Shown here: positions 12,481-27,408 of the stretch, in pieces
How the letters are laid out: every line of letters starts with the position of its first letter
Numbering within the stretch: the stretch's first letter is position 1
NCBI GenBank assembly: GCA_965153455.1
Contig: OZ234493.1
Location: forward strand, 5,332,001-5,396,000
Source: Sphagnum compactum
Lineage: Eukaryota
Direction of reading: 5' to 3'
Length of the DNA stretch: 64,000 nucleotides
Made by a program: the position numbers and the translations under genes
Notes under the pieces: generated by a model
What the model was told of the DNA's origin: nothing
The model's database searches: none
Seen by the model: the letters and a program-made list of their open reading frames with translations, nothing else

Positions 12481-13710
12481 ACAGGAAGCCTCTTCTTTAG
12501 AGGCCTATAGTAAGAATCCATACTGCCAAAATTTTCATTTTAATCCTTAATTAATTGACATTTGATCAAAACAGTACCAATACAAAAATTGGACCAACCA
12601 TCCGAAAGTCACTCATTACATTGGACCCTTTGATGTTATTTTAGTGACAAGTCATAAATGCGTCATTGGTTTCGAGGTGGCTTAGCATTGGTTTTCACAC
12701 ATGGGCAAAATGAGCCTCGAACAAACTAACACAGAAACATGTCACATGTCATGTTTCAATGGCAGCTTGGCACTAGTTTTGACCACTCAAAAATTATGCA
12801 CTTTGAAACATGTCCTTCAAAACCTTGAACTCAAAACCTATCATTCATCGAAACATGTCAAATTTCGACAGGTAACTCAACACTCGTTTTGATGCTCGAA
12901 TTATCATGAACATCACCATCATCCAGTTTTTCCAACCCTGTTTTATGAATTGAACTTCATGACCCCATAATCTTGGCTACACCTTAGGGAAATTGAGATG
13001 TTAAACCTAAATCAAATATGGTGCAAAGGAGAAAAGAGAGATGGCCAACAGAAGCAAAAACCATTATCCTTCCTTGAGCTTAAAAGAATCAGTTACCACC
13101 CCACACAGCCATTCAGGGAAAAGGAGTTGACATTGGGTTATAGTATCTTACCATCCCCCAGAAACACCACAAGCACAATCAGGTCGGTACCTCATCTTGA
13201 TTCCACTAGGTTGCAAATCTATGATCCTCATTTCTATTCATTTCTCACTCGGACACACTAACACCCACGTCCATAAGATCCAAAATTCAGAGTCAATAAC
13301 TTCATGTTTATGGGGAACAGCTCAGACCAGGTTGGTGGTGTGCTAAATTGGTCACAACAAGTGAGGGGGCCCAACTGATAGCATTATGGTTGATGTAACC
13401 AATTCCTGCAGAAATGGCATATGCACATGGGAACAAGGAGATCAAAGACACCAACATAGAGTCCACCCCGAAGTTGAAAGTCCAAACTTTCAAACAAGAA
13501 AAGTGAATCCTGAAGAACATACCGCTTTATGAATGACAGAACCTATTTACAGCTTAATTGGAAGTGCACATTGATGGCACAGAAGGACAAGCTAGCTGCA
13601 CTTATGAGCAGACAGAGATCTGCTGCCTGCAGTGAGGCTGTTACAGCAAAGGGCATAGATATACCAGACAGGTAGAAATGCAGATGCTTAGAACAACAGC
13701 TGGGAAGCTT

Positions 13711-16700
13711 TTAGCAGTTGTACTCAAAATACTTTGGATTCGCAGGGAAATCATTCTCCACTTGCAGCTGCACAGTAAAGCAACAACTCAAAATTGGCAG
13801 GTTGAGAATAATTGTCAGTTTCAAACTTTTTTATCCTGGGTTCACACAAGGATACTATTGAGACAGCACTTATCTAATCTTTTTGATGTCATAGTTAACT
13901 TGTTGAACTTAAGTTTCAGTGGCTAGCACCAGAAAATGTACTCCATCCATTTCCAAAAGCAACAGGAAGACTCAACGCATGCTGCCAGCTAGTATTCAAG
14001 AGGCAAGATGATATAAATGTCAATAGTATCCTCATTCCAAGCTCCAACCAGCTTGTAAGGGTAAAAGCTTCATTTTCATTTTAGCTTGACCTTATAAAAG
14101 CAAGCATCCCAAGGCATAGAGAAGTCTACACAGACAGTAGTCCTTGGGCTTGTTCTATGGCAAATATTTCAGAGCAGATTGAATCTAAAGATGTTGGCAC
14201 TACTTGCTTCAGACAGTTTGATACTCTGATTAGTTTTCACTATTATCACAAACCTAGACAAGTACCTCTATCAAAGTCTCTACATAAAAAAAGACACACG
14301 TATCCTATTCCAAACAAAATTCATCACCTTATCATAGAGCTGATGACCAAATCAAACTGCTCAGTTGCCCCACAGCAGGGACTCTCTGAAAACAGTGGCA
14401 ATGTGTACACTGCAAACTCTTGGCCCAAAAAATATTGATTGCTCAAAATCTCTCCCTTATATCCAGACTCTAAAAGTGTATCACTTCAGGATCAACCATT
14501 GAGTCCAAGCTCTGTGGTTGAAATCCTACTGGCGAGCAATTTTTGGAACAAGAAGTCCCACTGTACATTTATGTAGTAGAGTGATTATTTTCTAAGAACC
14601 TAAACTGACACCTAGCAGTCATAGTTTCCAGAGGAATAATGGAACATTTCCTTATTCCTCATGGTCACAAATTGATTGTAAATGGAGACACTTCTAAGCT
14701 TCTCAGAGGAAAGACAGGATGGCATGGCCATGACCAAGACCTGTTCTAGTAGGCTGTGATAAAAAAATTGTGCAACACATTGCTTGAGATCATGGTCACA
14801 GTTACTTCCCTGCTGAAATTTCACAAACAATTCATATGGGAAAAGTTATAAAGTAGAGAAAATGCACCTTGCCCTCATCGGCATCTGATTGGCGCTGCGG
14901 GAAAACCACCCTCAGATCTCCATAGATATAAAAGCGTCGTCTGTCTTCAGCATCCAGAGCTTTCACTGCACATGGAGGCGTAGACTGCCCACTGAAGGAC
15001 TGCTCACTTGCTGCTTTCTCTTTACCTGGGGTCCTAAGAGGCGGGCACATAAAACGAAGATGGAGAGCATACCGAAGTACACTTCCACCCCCTTCTCCAC
15101 TTTTTAGACTCCCCTGGCTGTTGCCACTTCTGTAACTGCTCGAACCACCAGTCCTTCCTGGACCTCCATTTCCTCCTTGCTTGCTAGTCTGTCCATGAAG
15201 CTCCTGGTTTCTTCTGGCTGGAGTACTGGCAAATGAATTGTGCTCCTGGGTAAAACCGGATAAACTTCCCATACATCCACCTGACCTCATACCTGAACTT
15301 CCATAAGTTTTGGACAATCCACCACTGCTTTCATGTACCTTGCTGTTGAAAGTCCTTATTGGGAAGGTCCTGCTTTCTTCATTGCTTTCAAATTCTGTAC
15401 TGGACTTTACCTTTCCACAGCAGACAGCTTTACTTAGTTCCTCACAGATACACCCTTCAAGAGTATATCTGCAACCCCTAGAGCTACCATTGATGTTCCT
15501 ACAGGCTCTTTTGTCTACTTCCAAACCACTACCCTCTGAGAAGTTTTCCTGCTGAAAACTGCTGTACATATCTAGTGGAGACCCCTTTGGGTCCACACAG
15601 CCACTGAAGCCTGGAAAGCAGCACATGTCACCAGCCCCATTTGAGGATGAGCCAGACAGCCGACTTTTTGGTGAATCTAGTGCCACTCCACCAGAATCTT
15701 TTATTGGAGTTGATGACTGCCCCCCAGATGCTAGTGAAACTTTATGCCGAAGAAATGTCTACACAACATTCAAACAACATCACAACCAGCATTTATCAGG
15801 ACAAACCTTTGACCTACAAAAAGATAATACCAAGTTCTGATCACCAGATTACATGTTGGGCAACTCAAAATTTCAAGTGTACAATAGCCTCCTGTTCGAT
15901 GCAGTCATGAGATGTTTCCAGGTGGAAGTCATCAACATAAAGAGATCAAGTGGCTTCCCAGTAAAATCCCACATGAATGAGTAACAGGAAAACAAAGGTC
16001 TATCAATTGTAAATGTGTTCAAGGCTCAACAGTCAATTGGAGTTCAACTTGCATAATGAATTAGAGACTGGGTTATTGTTAGATGCTATCCATCAATGTC
16101 AGTCTTGCTCCCACAATATTGCAAATTTATGACCATGGGCATTAGGAATGCTTTAAAGTGATCAAACGCACAAAAAGCTCGAGGAAACTCTCCAGAAATC
16201 CTTCAAAACCAGTACGAAGCAATGCTCCAGAATTGGTTAGAACAGCTTCAAGCTTCGCTCGACCTTTCCAAAATGACAGAACAGTTTACAAGATTTTTGC
16301 CATCCCAGTACCAGCTGAGATAGGCTATCAACTGGATTTCCACTTTGACATAGGCAACAACTTATCCAAATCATGGATCCACAGTCAAACTGTCTCATCT
16401 CATTTGCACAACAAAATTTTGTACAGCAAAAGTATACATTCTGATGGGATTTTGGATGCTGACCACTAATCACCACAAAGATGCAAGGACTGAAACAAGA
16501 CAGGCATGTCAATTTAATATCTGCCCCAGAACAGCTCGGCCTGAGGGGTTGTGCAACCTGTGGAGAAACATCTCAAGAGGGTTGGACCTTGATCTACAAA
16601 TTTCAAGAAGGTTAAGTACAACAGACACCCAGGTAGCAAAAAGCAAACAACATACCTTAGTACCATGTGGCATGTCTGTTAAGTCATAGCTACAAATAAA

Positions 16701-19635
16701 TGTATGAACAGGTGTCATCTCTGGATTGCTCAGCACCTACATTCACACTTTTAGCAGTCAATCCCCTGCCTCAAAGTTCTGGTCCCCTCCAAAATTATCT
16801 TTCCAGACAGGCAGTCTACAGCCTAAACCATGCAATATATTGTCTATCCTTGCAGGCTACATTGAGTCCTGAAACAAGCTGAATCAGTGAAAATGTATCC
16901 ATACCAGTTGTACACGGCCCTGAACAGGTATACGAATGCGGGATTTAACTGGGTGAAGATCGTTGATTTTACTTTTGTAGGCTCTATTGAGAACATTGTC
17001 GCCTGAGGCACTTCCAACAAGATCAATGGAGGCAAAGTACAGCAAAGAGCTGTCTCCATCCACACATGTGACAGAAAATGGGAGTTTCCGCATTGATGGT
17101 GACCAGCTTCCACCCGTCACACTCAGCAAAGCAAGAAATCCATCCAATTTCTGTTCCACAATCATCAATGCATCTTAGGACAGTGCAAGAATCTTCATAA
17201 TCCCATACCCTAATAAGAAATGACCTTCTAGTGCATCCTCTGCTTGACTGGCCATGCCAAACTGCATTCCAGGCTGAAACAGCTATCTGCAAGCAGATCG
17301 TCTTCCACAATAACACACAATGTGCTTTTTTGGCTCCTAGTGCCAGAACAAAATCAAACCAAGAACTTGAATTCTCCTGATTGAACCCTAATACCTTCAT
17401 CTGACACAGGGATCAGAATATCAATCCCAGCAAGAGCTCCTGGCAATTAAACAGAGTCACTTAAAAACAAGCAAATCTATTAATTTGCAGAGAAAGTCCA
17501 TGACAACACTTTGAAGGTAACCTTTCTGTCAGCTGCAGCAAAACCCAAACTAACGTGACAAGAATGAGTGCAGTCTTAAAACTTTGAAGGTAACCAATGT
17601 GTTAGTTCCGGCAAGACTCAAATGCACACAATGAGAATAAGTTGCAGTAGTAACCTTATGAGTTTCACTCACAAAGTATCAGACCATAACCTTCATCATA
17701 AATGGCAGTGAAAGAAAGCAGATCCCTTGAGAGAAATACCAGAACATTGTCTCTATTTCAGAGTCACTCCTTGCAGAAAAAAGCCATTGATAGAAATGAC
17801 AAAACTTCCTCCACAAAAAGGCATGTCAAGTTGTGCAAACCTGGAAAGTTTTTCCAGCCAGAAATCGCCCTGACAATAGAGATTCTTCGAATGAGCCAAC
17901 CAGGGAACGCCTGGTGGGCAGACCAATGGAACCACTAGGGCTCTTAATGCCAATAGTAGGCACAGACATTGGTTCACACCCCCAGCTTGTCACACCCAGT
18001 TGCTTCTGTGGAGTTCCTGACACTGCATAGTGGCTGCCAGGGCCAGACTCTTCAAAACAACCTACAACAATATTGGTTACCGCATCCTCAACCCTCACTT
18101 TCTCCCCTTCTGGAAACAAATCTGACCTCCAACTCGTGAGGTGGGGATGATCTGTTTGCAACATCAACCGGTTAGAATCAGATGACTCCCAAGGCTGAAA
18201 TTTTCCAGGAGAGCCATGCAAGTCAATGCTTGCGGCTGCTGGGGACAACCATCGAGGTCGAAGGGGTGACAAAGAGAGGATTGGTGTAAGGCAAGGACGT
18301 GGCAACTGGAAATCTTTTGAAACGGTTTCTGAAACAGAACTGTGCCAAATTCCTCTCTCTACTGCCACCTCCCTCTCTGGAAATATCCGAGAATTTGCTT
18401 TCTTCGGCCTGAAAGTGCTATCCATGTCCCTGCTCCTTGTTAGCACTGGCCCATCTGTTTGAATTTCCAAGGGTATGGCCATGGCATGGTTTGAGTGGTC
18501 TCTCATATGTGTCCGAGGGATGTTGACAGGGCTGCTCACATAATGTGGATTCACACCTCTTCTACAGTCTAACAGCCCCATGATGGTGGCTCTTTCCTCT
18601 AAATTTCCTCTCCTATTTTGATCATCAGAATCATCCTTTTCCAATACCCCACTGTTCTGGCCTGAGGTGAGCATATCAGGCAGATGAGATGAAGGTCTCT
18701 TGCACATAATAATGCCTCCAGACTCACTCCCCCCTGCATCTCCATTGCTTCCTGAAAGAGAATTACTGCCGAGCTCAAACGCAACCTGCAATCAGAATAT
18801 GCTCCAAACTAGAGACTTACTAAGTACATAAACCTCAAAACACAGAAACAAGAGCAAACATAATAAAAACCAGACAGGTCTGAATTGCTGCTCCTGGAAA
18901 AGGTCAAGCACAAAATCCTCCTTCAAAACCAGCATCATCAAACTAAGTCAAAAGCATCAGCTATATATACTGCAGACACTATAGATGCTTTTGGTCACTG
19001 CTTGCAAAGGTCTTCAGCACACCATGCCAGATGGCATAATTCAATCTCAGATTCTCTCTAGAAAAACCCTCTTGCACCACCACCATCAGATCAACATGAA
19101 GGACTGCAATTCAAATCACCTGTGAGCCTGGAAGAAGCCCTATATCTGTGCCATCAACAGATTTTGAAAGTTGAGATGAAGGTGAGGACTGAGCCTCAAA
19201 GCCAACAATTATCGCAGTTGGAGTGCCTGATGATGATACACTGGCTGATTTCTGTGCTCCAAACAAGCTCTTGTCCCCAGGTTGTATGCCCTCCTTGGCT
19301 AAGGATGCTGTTGTGGCCCCCCAAGGGTACTCCCAGACTCCTCCTTCTGCTTCATGTATATTGGTGGACTCAGAAGATGGCAGACGAGATTTGCTGGTAC
19401 ATTCACTGTAATCCAGCAATCCCTTTTTTGCATGGTGGTTTCTGTCTTTCCTTTCCTGCAATGTGGCACTAGTATTGGAATCTTCTGCAACATCCCAGCT
19501 TAGGTAACTGGTCCCGTTGCCTCCTCCTCCTCCATACTGTTGTGGTCGTCTCGTGATACTACTACAGCGTGCTCCTCCCCCACCCACAGAACAATCGTCA
19601 TCGGATCCTTTAGTAGTTGGTCCAAGAAGCCCCAT
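13711..19635 (-). CDS. Atos/FAM214-family protein (DUF4210 plus chromosome-segregation domain), 6 exons, about 911 aa
   Basis: Exons 19635-19120, 18785-17841, 17150-16905, 16736-16656, 15758-14868 and 13767-13711; all introns GT-AG; 2736 nt in frame. Motifs [76 protein letters not shown] and [16 protein letters not shown]...[13 protein letters not shown]. Confidence 0.92.
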
Positions 19636-21099
19636 TTCGTGGTACGTGGGTCGCTCACTCGCCCCCTTCCTTACTTAGCCCTGTTGGATTGTTGCGAAAG
19701 ATAACGGAATCGAGCTTGGTCAAGATGATCCCAACAAGACCCGCAGCGCTAAAATCAATACGGCTACAACATATCCTTCTCTGGACAAATCTTTACTGAT
19801 AAGAAAGAAAGCTCCGGAAGTTAGCGCCAAGATGGCGGAGTTCTGCTATTCCTCCTCCTCCGCCGAACTACTCCAAAGTCTTGTTACACTTGGAGACGAC
19901 GATGAGAGCACCATCTGATCCCTTGTGCGCTACAATTTGTGGAAACGATATCTCTTTCTACTTTTATCTCTCCGGTAAAACAGCCCTGTGCCAATCCTAA
20001 CCAGAAAACATCGAGTCGGACAAAGACCAACAACAAGAAGTACGAGGCAAAGAGGAATCGGCTAGCCTCTCTCCTCAACAACAACAACCACTCTTTGCAG
20101 ATGTCTGTGAGGGGTTGTAGGTCGTCACTAAACAGCGCCGTCCTTGGATCTTTGACTTTTCTTCTTCTGCCTGAAACACATTTTTGCAGCGACAACAACC
20201 TCCACCACCACAGGGCTGACACGACGACGAGCACGACCACGACAGTTGTGTTGTTGTTCTCAAGCCCCGATCCTTGAAGTTGTGCGCACAAAGACGAGGA
20301 CTCGTCCTCCTTCACTTGGGACACCACCGCCACCACGACGATCCATCGTCTCTCATTCATCAAGAGCCTTGATCTTCAGTACTTGCCTGAACTACTCCCC
20401 TTCCTTCATCACAACAACGATGCTACTCAGGTCAGAGCAGTAGCAAAGCAAAGTGAATTCCAAGCCCCGCACGCACGCACGCACGCATCTCTCTGTCTCC
20501 GTCTCTCTGTGAGCCTCAATCCCTCTGCCTTCCATCCAAAAACACCACACCTCCCTTTATCCTCTGCCTTCCGTCCACCGCAAAAGCACATCTATTGAAC
20601 GCTCGCATATTTCAATCCTTGTTCTAACAGAAATTCGTTCTCCCTCGCACCCTCCCCTCTCCTCGTCCTCCGCTGACTTTACATCTTACATCTCTACCCA
20701 CGCTTTGTGAACAACAACAACAAAAACAACAAATAGAAACAGCAACGCAAAAGCAGGCAAGAAGAAAGCCCAAGACAGCGAGACACAGAGGGAGAGAGAG
20801 AGAGAAAGACAACAAGACACAGCAGCAAACTTGCACTACTGCCGACTGGCGCACACAATACGTGGAACTACTACACATACGTCAGGGCAACGAATGGGGA
20901 CATTGGAGCGGCAGGCCAAGCGAGACCAGGCGAGGCCAGACGAGACGAAGACGAGGGCGCAGGCCCAGAGCAGCAGCAGCAGCAAAGAGGGCGAATAGCC
21001 GGCGCACATGTAGTAGAGAAAGAGCAGGAAACAAAAGGAGGTGTGCGACGATAGAATACACGCAACGAGACAGCCCTGGTGTCGCTATTGAAGCAACAC

Positions 21100-21960
21100 C
21101 GTTCCCCACAGCTGTTTACACGTTTCACCATTCACCATCTGCTACTCTACCCTAATGTCATTTCTCTTCATCCTTTTATCATTCACCCACCCACCAGTGC
21201 AAACCAGGCTCTTTTTTCCCCCAATTTTTGTCTAGTTGGTGGACTGCCTGCCGATCGTCCACCACACGAATGTGCCAAATTTGGCTACCGGTCAGCCAGC
21301 AAAGTAGACTGGCTGCAAAGTAGCAGAGTCCCGCCCCCCCTCTTCTTTTCTGGCAACCGCTAAGAACAGACTAAATCAATAAATAAATAAAATAAAACTC
21401 ATTCTACAACTCATTGTCTAAACATGATGAAGTCTGAGTCTTTTCCTCAAAATATGGAATTTTTTGGACCTTTTTTTCCCCAAAAAATACACTTTGTGCT
21501 GCACTTATCACCGGATTTTATTTTTATTTTTGTTGCCGCTGTGTGAAAATTCGCCAAAAGAAAAGAAAAACACGGAAACCCACCCTGTGCCCTCACAACC
21601 ACTTACTTCTACAATTTACCCATCACGTTGTTAAGTCTTCTTCACTCGTCACAATGTCTACCACCCATCACGTTAACTGTGTACCCTAATGTCATTTCTC
21701 TTCATATTTCATCCAAATTATCATTCATTTTTCACAAGTGTTTACACATTTCATGTGATCACACCTCGTTCATAACATTGTTCTTGCCCACAACACAATT
21801 CACCTAGGTCTAACCTAATGTCATTTCTGTTGATATTTTATCACCCACAAAATAACTCACCCATTACACTACGTCTAACCTCATGTCAATTCTCTTTGTA
21901 TTTGATAATAACATCATTCCTCACAAGTGTTTACACATTTTTATCCATTCACACCTAGTT
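21100..21960. repeat. Diverged ~190-bp repeat array, interrupted by a MITE-like insert at about 21205-21575
   Basis: Core CCTAATGTCATTTCT at 21151, 21685, 21814 and (variant) 21879. ACAAGTGTTTACACATTT at about 21734 and 21923, with a variant at about 21108. Confidence 0.6.
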
Positions 21961-24900
21961 TATTCTTATATTCTTCTATTTATCATTGTCATATAAATTT
22001 AAATTTCATGGTTTATTAATGAAAATTAAGCGAATTTTTTTCTTTTGCTCATATATTTTGCACACAAATTATTATGTATTGAAAACACATTTGACACATA
22101 TAAATATGTTAACAATGAAATATGAATTTATGAATGAACAAATTTCACACAAATTTATTATTGAATCATTGGATGTTAAGTGTATGATATAATAATAACT
22201 ACACAATTATTTGCATAATTTGTTCATCATTATTCTTAACAATCCTAATCATTCGACCCTGTGTTGCCACTATGTCCTACAATGACACTTCCTCTTATCA
22301 CTTTGTTTAATGGTAATGGAACAATTCTAACCTTAACACCTATCATTCCAAACAAAAATTTAACAATATCATAGTGTATAGAGTTTTGGGAGAGTTAGAA
22401 ACATTGTGAAAGATAAGTTTGACTCCATAAAACCCAAAATCAGTTTCCAAATTATTTTTACAAGTTTTACATAACAAGGCAATGTATATGAAACAAGGCA
22501 ATTACAGTAGGATCTAGACTAATTACATCAATGATGGAACTATTTGAAACAATGTTATTGCATTTCAGTGACTAAAATGAAGTTTTAAAAATTAAAATGT
22601 TACAATACGTTAAGTACAAAACAAATATTCAATGAATTATTATGTAGACTTAACAAGAGATAATGATTTTGTGTTTGATAATGAACAAGAAACAAAAGGT
22701 TTTATCCATGATTTGAAACATGGTGAAAAAGATGAAAAGTCACAAGTACATTTTAGGACCCCATTCTTTCAAATTTATAAAATGTAATATTTCAACTTTA
22801 AAGGTTATAAAATACATTGTGAGCTTTGCTTAAATTTACATGAATCTACTTAAACCTACTTTAAACATGTAATTTTTATTTATAATTGAAAAGAATGTTC
22901 GTATTTATCTTTGAAATAAAGAATATTTTCATATATCAAAGCCTACTTGATGTTTACTTTTCATTTATGTTGCAAGGAACATTTGCAATCTAATTTACCG
23001 TGCTTGGACCTATAAATGATTCATTGGTTGACATAATCAATGATAATGATCGACACTTTTTACCATTAACTAAGGCCAAAAGGTATTTACATATTCATTA
23101 ATAAAATGTCCTTCAAATATAACTTTCAATTGGCTTCCATGGGGAGGTTTAACTTCAAGGACAATTATTAAGCAACAAGTGTAATTTAAAATAAATAAAA
23201 TTTATAATTCAAAATTTATTCATCTTTAGGTTTTTGACATGAATTACTTGGTTGAATTAATCTAAATGTATCATCAAAATTCAAAGAGATGTGCAAACAA
23301 TTTTTTTTAATTTATAAATGTGATTTCAATTTCTTCTTTCTTCAAGCTTAATGTGTCAAACTATATAGGAAAAATGACTACAAGATGTACAAAAAAGGTT
23401 CATCTATTATTTGTGTGCAATGGTCAAGTTCCAAAAAAATTAAGTTGTTTCCCAAGTGATTTTTATAGGGGGGCTTGAATAATGGAAACTCCTTGGATAT
23501 GGATCACACAATAATAAAACCTTTGAAAATTGATGGCATGTTAGGTTATTGTACAACATTCAAATGTGTCACGTGCGAATCAAGGTTTGAATGGATGTTA
23601 TTAATGAATTTTTTCAACATTCAAAGGTGCATTGACTATATTTTAAATTCATTCCCATTTGTGTTCATTAAGGTCATGTTCATGTTAATGGAGTCAAATA
23701 TTGCAAACCTTTTTAACAAACTTGCAAATCAAACATTTTTCTTTCCTCAGATTTCTTTTTGCCATCAATTCCAATTAAAGCTAGCCTAATATGTCTCTTA
23801 CAAATGGTCGATTCCTAAAAACATTGGATAATCAAAACATGAAATATTTTTTGGATTTTCATATATTTCAAAAGTAATTTTACAAATTGGATTCACCTAG
23901 GTAATGATAGTGTTCAAATTGCTAGTAGTTTTTTTTTTTCAAAAGCATGATAGAAAGTACATCCTGAATAACTAACCAATTCTAATTCCAGTTTTGTATG
24001 CTAGATGTTGGCTTCAATGATGTTTATTTTTATAATGAACTTGAGTTTTTTATAATTGTTACATTAAGTATTATACATTTTTCTAAAAACATTTAGACCT
24101 TAGGTACTTGAATGCTTTTATTAATATACTACATATCTACATGTATTATAGTTACAACATTTATAGGTAATCATGGCAAGTATTATTCTTGTATTAATTG
24201 TTGTGATTCACATCTACATGTAGAAAACGCCCCCTTTTGCAATTACGTTTTCAACTAATGTTCAATTATAAACCAAATAAAAAACTACACATATAATTGT
24301 AATTTATTTTTTACAATTAGGATATATTTTTTGTGACTGTTAGTCAACAATTACAAGTTCAAGAATGAAATTACAATTGAAAGTGTATGCCATGTGTCAA
24401 CACCATAGCAATAGCCACTATGTGTTACTACTTACCAATTTGGTTGAAAATTGCTCTACTAATCTAATTGAAGATGTTGTCAATTGCATTCGACTAATGG
24501 ATGAACTTCATCCGTTAACTGGGCATGATGTCAACCAAAAATATAATTACAATTTCAACTAGGTTGCAATTATTTAAGTTGAACATTTCGACTATGTTGC
24601 AACAATGTAAATTAAAAAGTGAGCCACCATAGCTTGCATCTACCCACTTCAGTAATGAAAAGGACCATGTTGTAGTTGCATTAAAATACTATCCCAAGTT
24701 TGTAGAGATGCAAAAGATGTTCCAAGGGAAAAATGCATCAAGTTCAGATGGAAAAGTTTAAAGGTTGAAATAATCACTACAGATGTGAATGTAGTAGATG
24801 TAAATGTTGCCACAAGAAGCATAATAAAAGAAGAATAGGTGTTCCATGAGAGAAAACCACTGAAGAACAAAAGTATTACAAATTATGAGAAGGAGGAAAA

Positions 24901-27408
24901 ATTAAAGAAGACAATGGTAGAGACCATACATCAATTTTAGAAGGCACAAACTACTAATGATGGCTCTTCTACATCAAGTGAAGGATAGAACACAACGTGG
25001 CTAGGTATGCCTGATATTACACCTTCTACAAAAACTCCAAAACCTCACGAATCTATAGTTTCCCAAAGTAAGTTGATATCAATAGAAGATATATTTTAGG
25101 ATATTAGTAGACATATGTTGGAAACTAATTATATTTTGAATTTGGGATAAGTATTAAAAATGGCCCCTGAGTTGAAGAGATATCTATGGCAAAAAATGAA
25201 ACCAAACAAACCACATAATGTAGCAAAAGTAACTACAGAAAAACAATGCCATCTATAGTACTAGAAGTAGTAACAACAATTATAGCTATTAATAACCATG
25301 TGGCAGTTATTCATGTACAAATCAGTAAAAATATTATAGAGGATGTTACTAGATGGTGGATATGGAGTGAACATTATTACAAAGTAGTTAAGATTGAAGT
25401 TAGGGTTGCCAAAGCCTAAATTTGCACCATATAATTTGAGGATGGCAAATTGGGCCACTACAAAACTAATGGGATTGATTTGTGATCTAAAGATATATGT
25501 TCACAACATACCCTATGTTACTAGGTTTGATGTGTTACATAATAATGTAAGATATAGACGTTAGTTATTCCATGCTGCTAAGGAGACCATGGTTAAGGGA
25601 TGCCAAAATAGCACACGATTGGGGAAACAATACGGTGACCATTCAAGGGAATGGAACGATTAGAACAGTAATGGTGACTAAACACCTAGGAATAGAGGTG
25701 AAATAACTAGAAGTGTTGTTATGCCACGATTACCAAAATGGTATCACCGATGAAGAGGAGGATATCATATTTACTACAAAACCAAAATTGTTTTCCATAG
25801 GCACCATTACTTTACCAAATGCATTTCAATATGTAAGAACCACTAAATCCAACCACAAAAGCACTGAAGTCAAGAATCATAATATAGATTGAATAATACA
25901 TAATCTATTTTAGTAGAGGGAGAAATTACTAATAAATATGAGCCAATAATGGTTTTTTTATAAAAATGTACCCAAAAACATATTACAAACACCAACCAAG
26001 GAATGTTCAAATAGATGACATTTCAGCAAAAGGTCAAGGCGCAAAAGTTGTAATTAACAAGCTAGACATTAACAAAAGAACAATACCTAACAAACCTTAA
26101 TCTAGGGATTAAAGAATAACCACATATAGTGAAGGTGAATTCTAAATTAGAACCAAAGAAGGTGTTGAAGTTGGAGGAACCTCTTTGAGAGTATAAGGAT
26201 GTCTTTGCATGGACGTACAAATATTTGAAAGGCATTCCACTAAAGTTAATTCAACACATAATTAAATTGGATACAACCATACCACATGCACATTAGGCCA
26301 TGTATAAGTCAAATCCAAATTACATTGTAGCAATGAAATATGACATTGATGAACTATTAGTAACAAGATTTATACAACATGTGCAAGAGGCTACATGGTT
26401 GTCACAACTTGTGGTAGTACCAAAAAAAAATGGGAAGCTTAAAATTTGTGTGGATTTTAAAAAGTTGAATGTAACAATGAACAAATATCCTTTTCCATTA
26501 CCATTTATGAGGTACTAAACACAGTGGTAGGGTGTGAAACATATTCATTTTTGGATGGATATTCCGAGTATCATCAATTATCCATATATTCTATAAGATA
26601 GATACAAGACAATATTTTTCATAAATTGGGGAGCAATTATTTTGAGGGTGAAGTTTTTTGGAGTTAAGAATGGACCTCCAACATTTTAGGAAGATGTGAC
26701 AAAAACATTCAATGAATATTTGGACAATTTAATGACGATACAACCTAGACGATTTCACAGTTTATAGTGACATGGAAACTCATTTGCAAAAGTTTAGATT
26801 ATATTTTCAAAAGTGTAGGGAGTATAACATCAATTTAAAATCGGAAAAATGAAATTTTATGGTATTTTTTAGAGTAATTATTGGATTTATTATTTCAAAA
26901 GAAGGTAAGCTGCTTGATTTGAAGAAAATACACGTGATAGTGAACATGTTTGTACCATAGAATTCACTACATATTCAAGTATTCAATGGCATGGTATAGT
27001 TTTACAAATGTTTCATAAAAATCTTTACAACCATTATGGCTCCAATTACTAAATTCACAAGGAAAACATAAATTTTTTTGTGGATTTTTGTGTTAGAAAG
27101 CTTTGGAGTTTATAAAGTAGGAATACATTGGAGCGCTTATTTTAATACCAATGAAGTGGGATGTGGAGTTCCATGTTCACACATATGCATCATTATTGGT
27201 TATGGGAGTTTTACTAGCACAAAATATCACAGGGAAGAATGATTGATCCATAGTGTATGCTTCTAAACTTTTTAATAGTGCAGAATAAAACTATAATACC
27301 ACATAAAGATAAGTTTAAACTATGGTCTTTGCATTGCATAAGCTTAGGCATTATCTATTATGAAATAAAATGGTGTTTTATGTACATCATATGGTTTTAG
27401 TTTACTTG

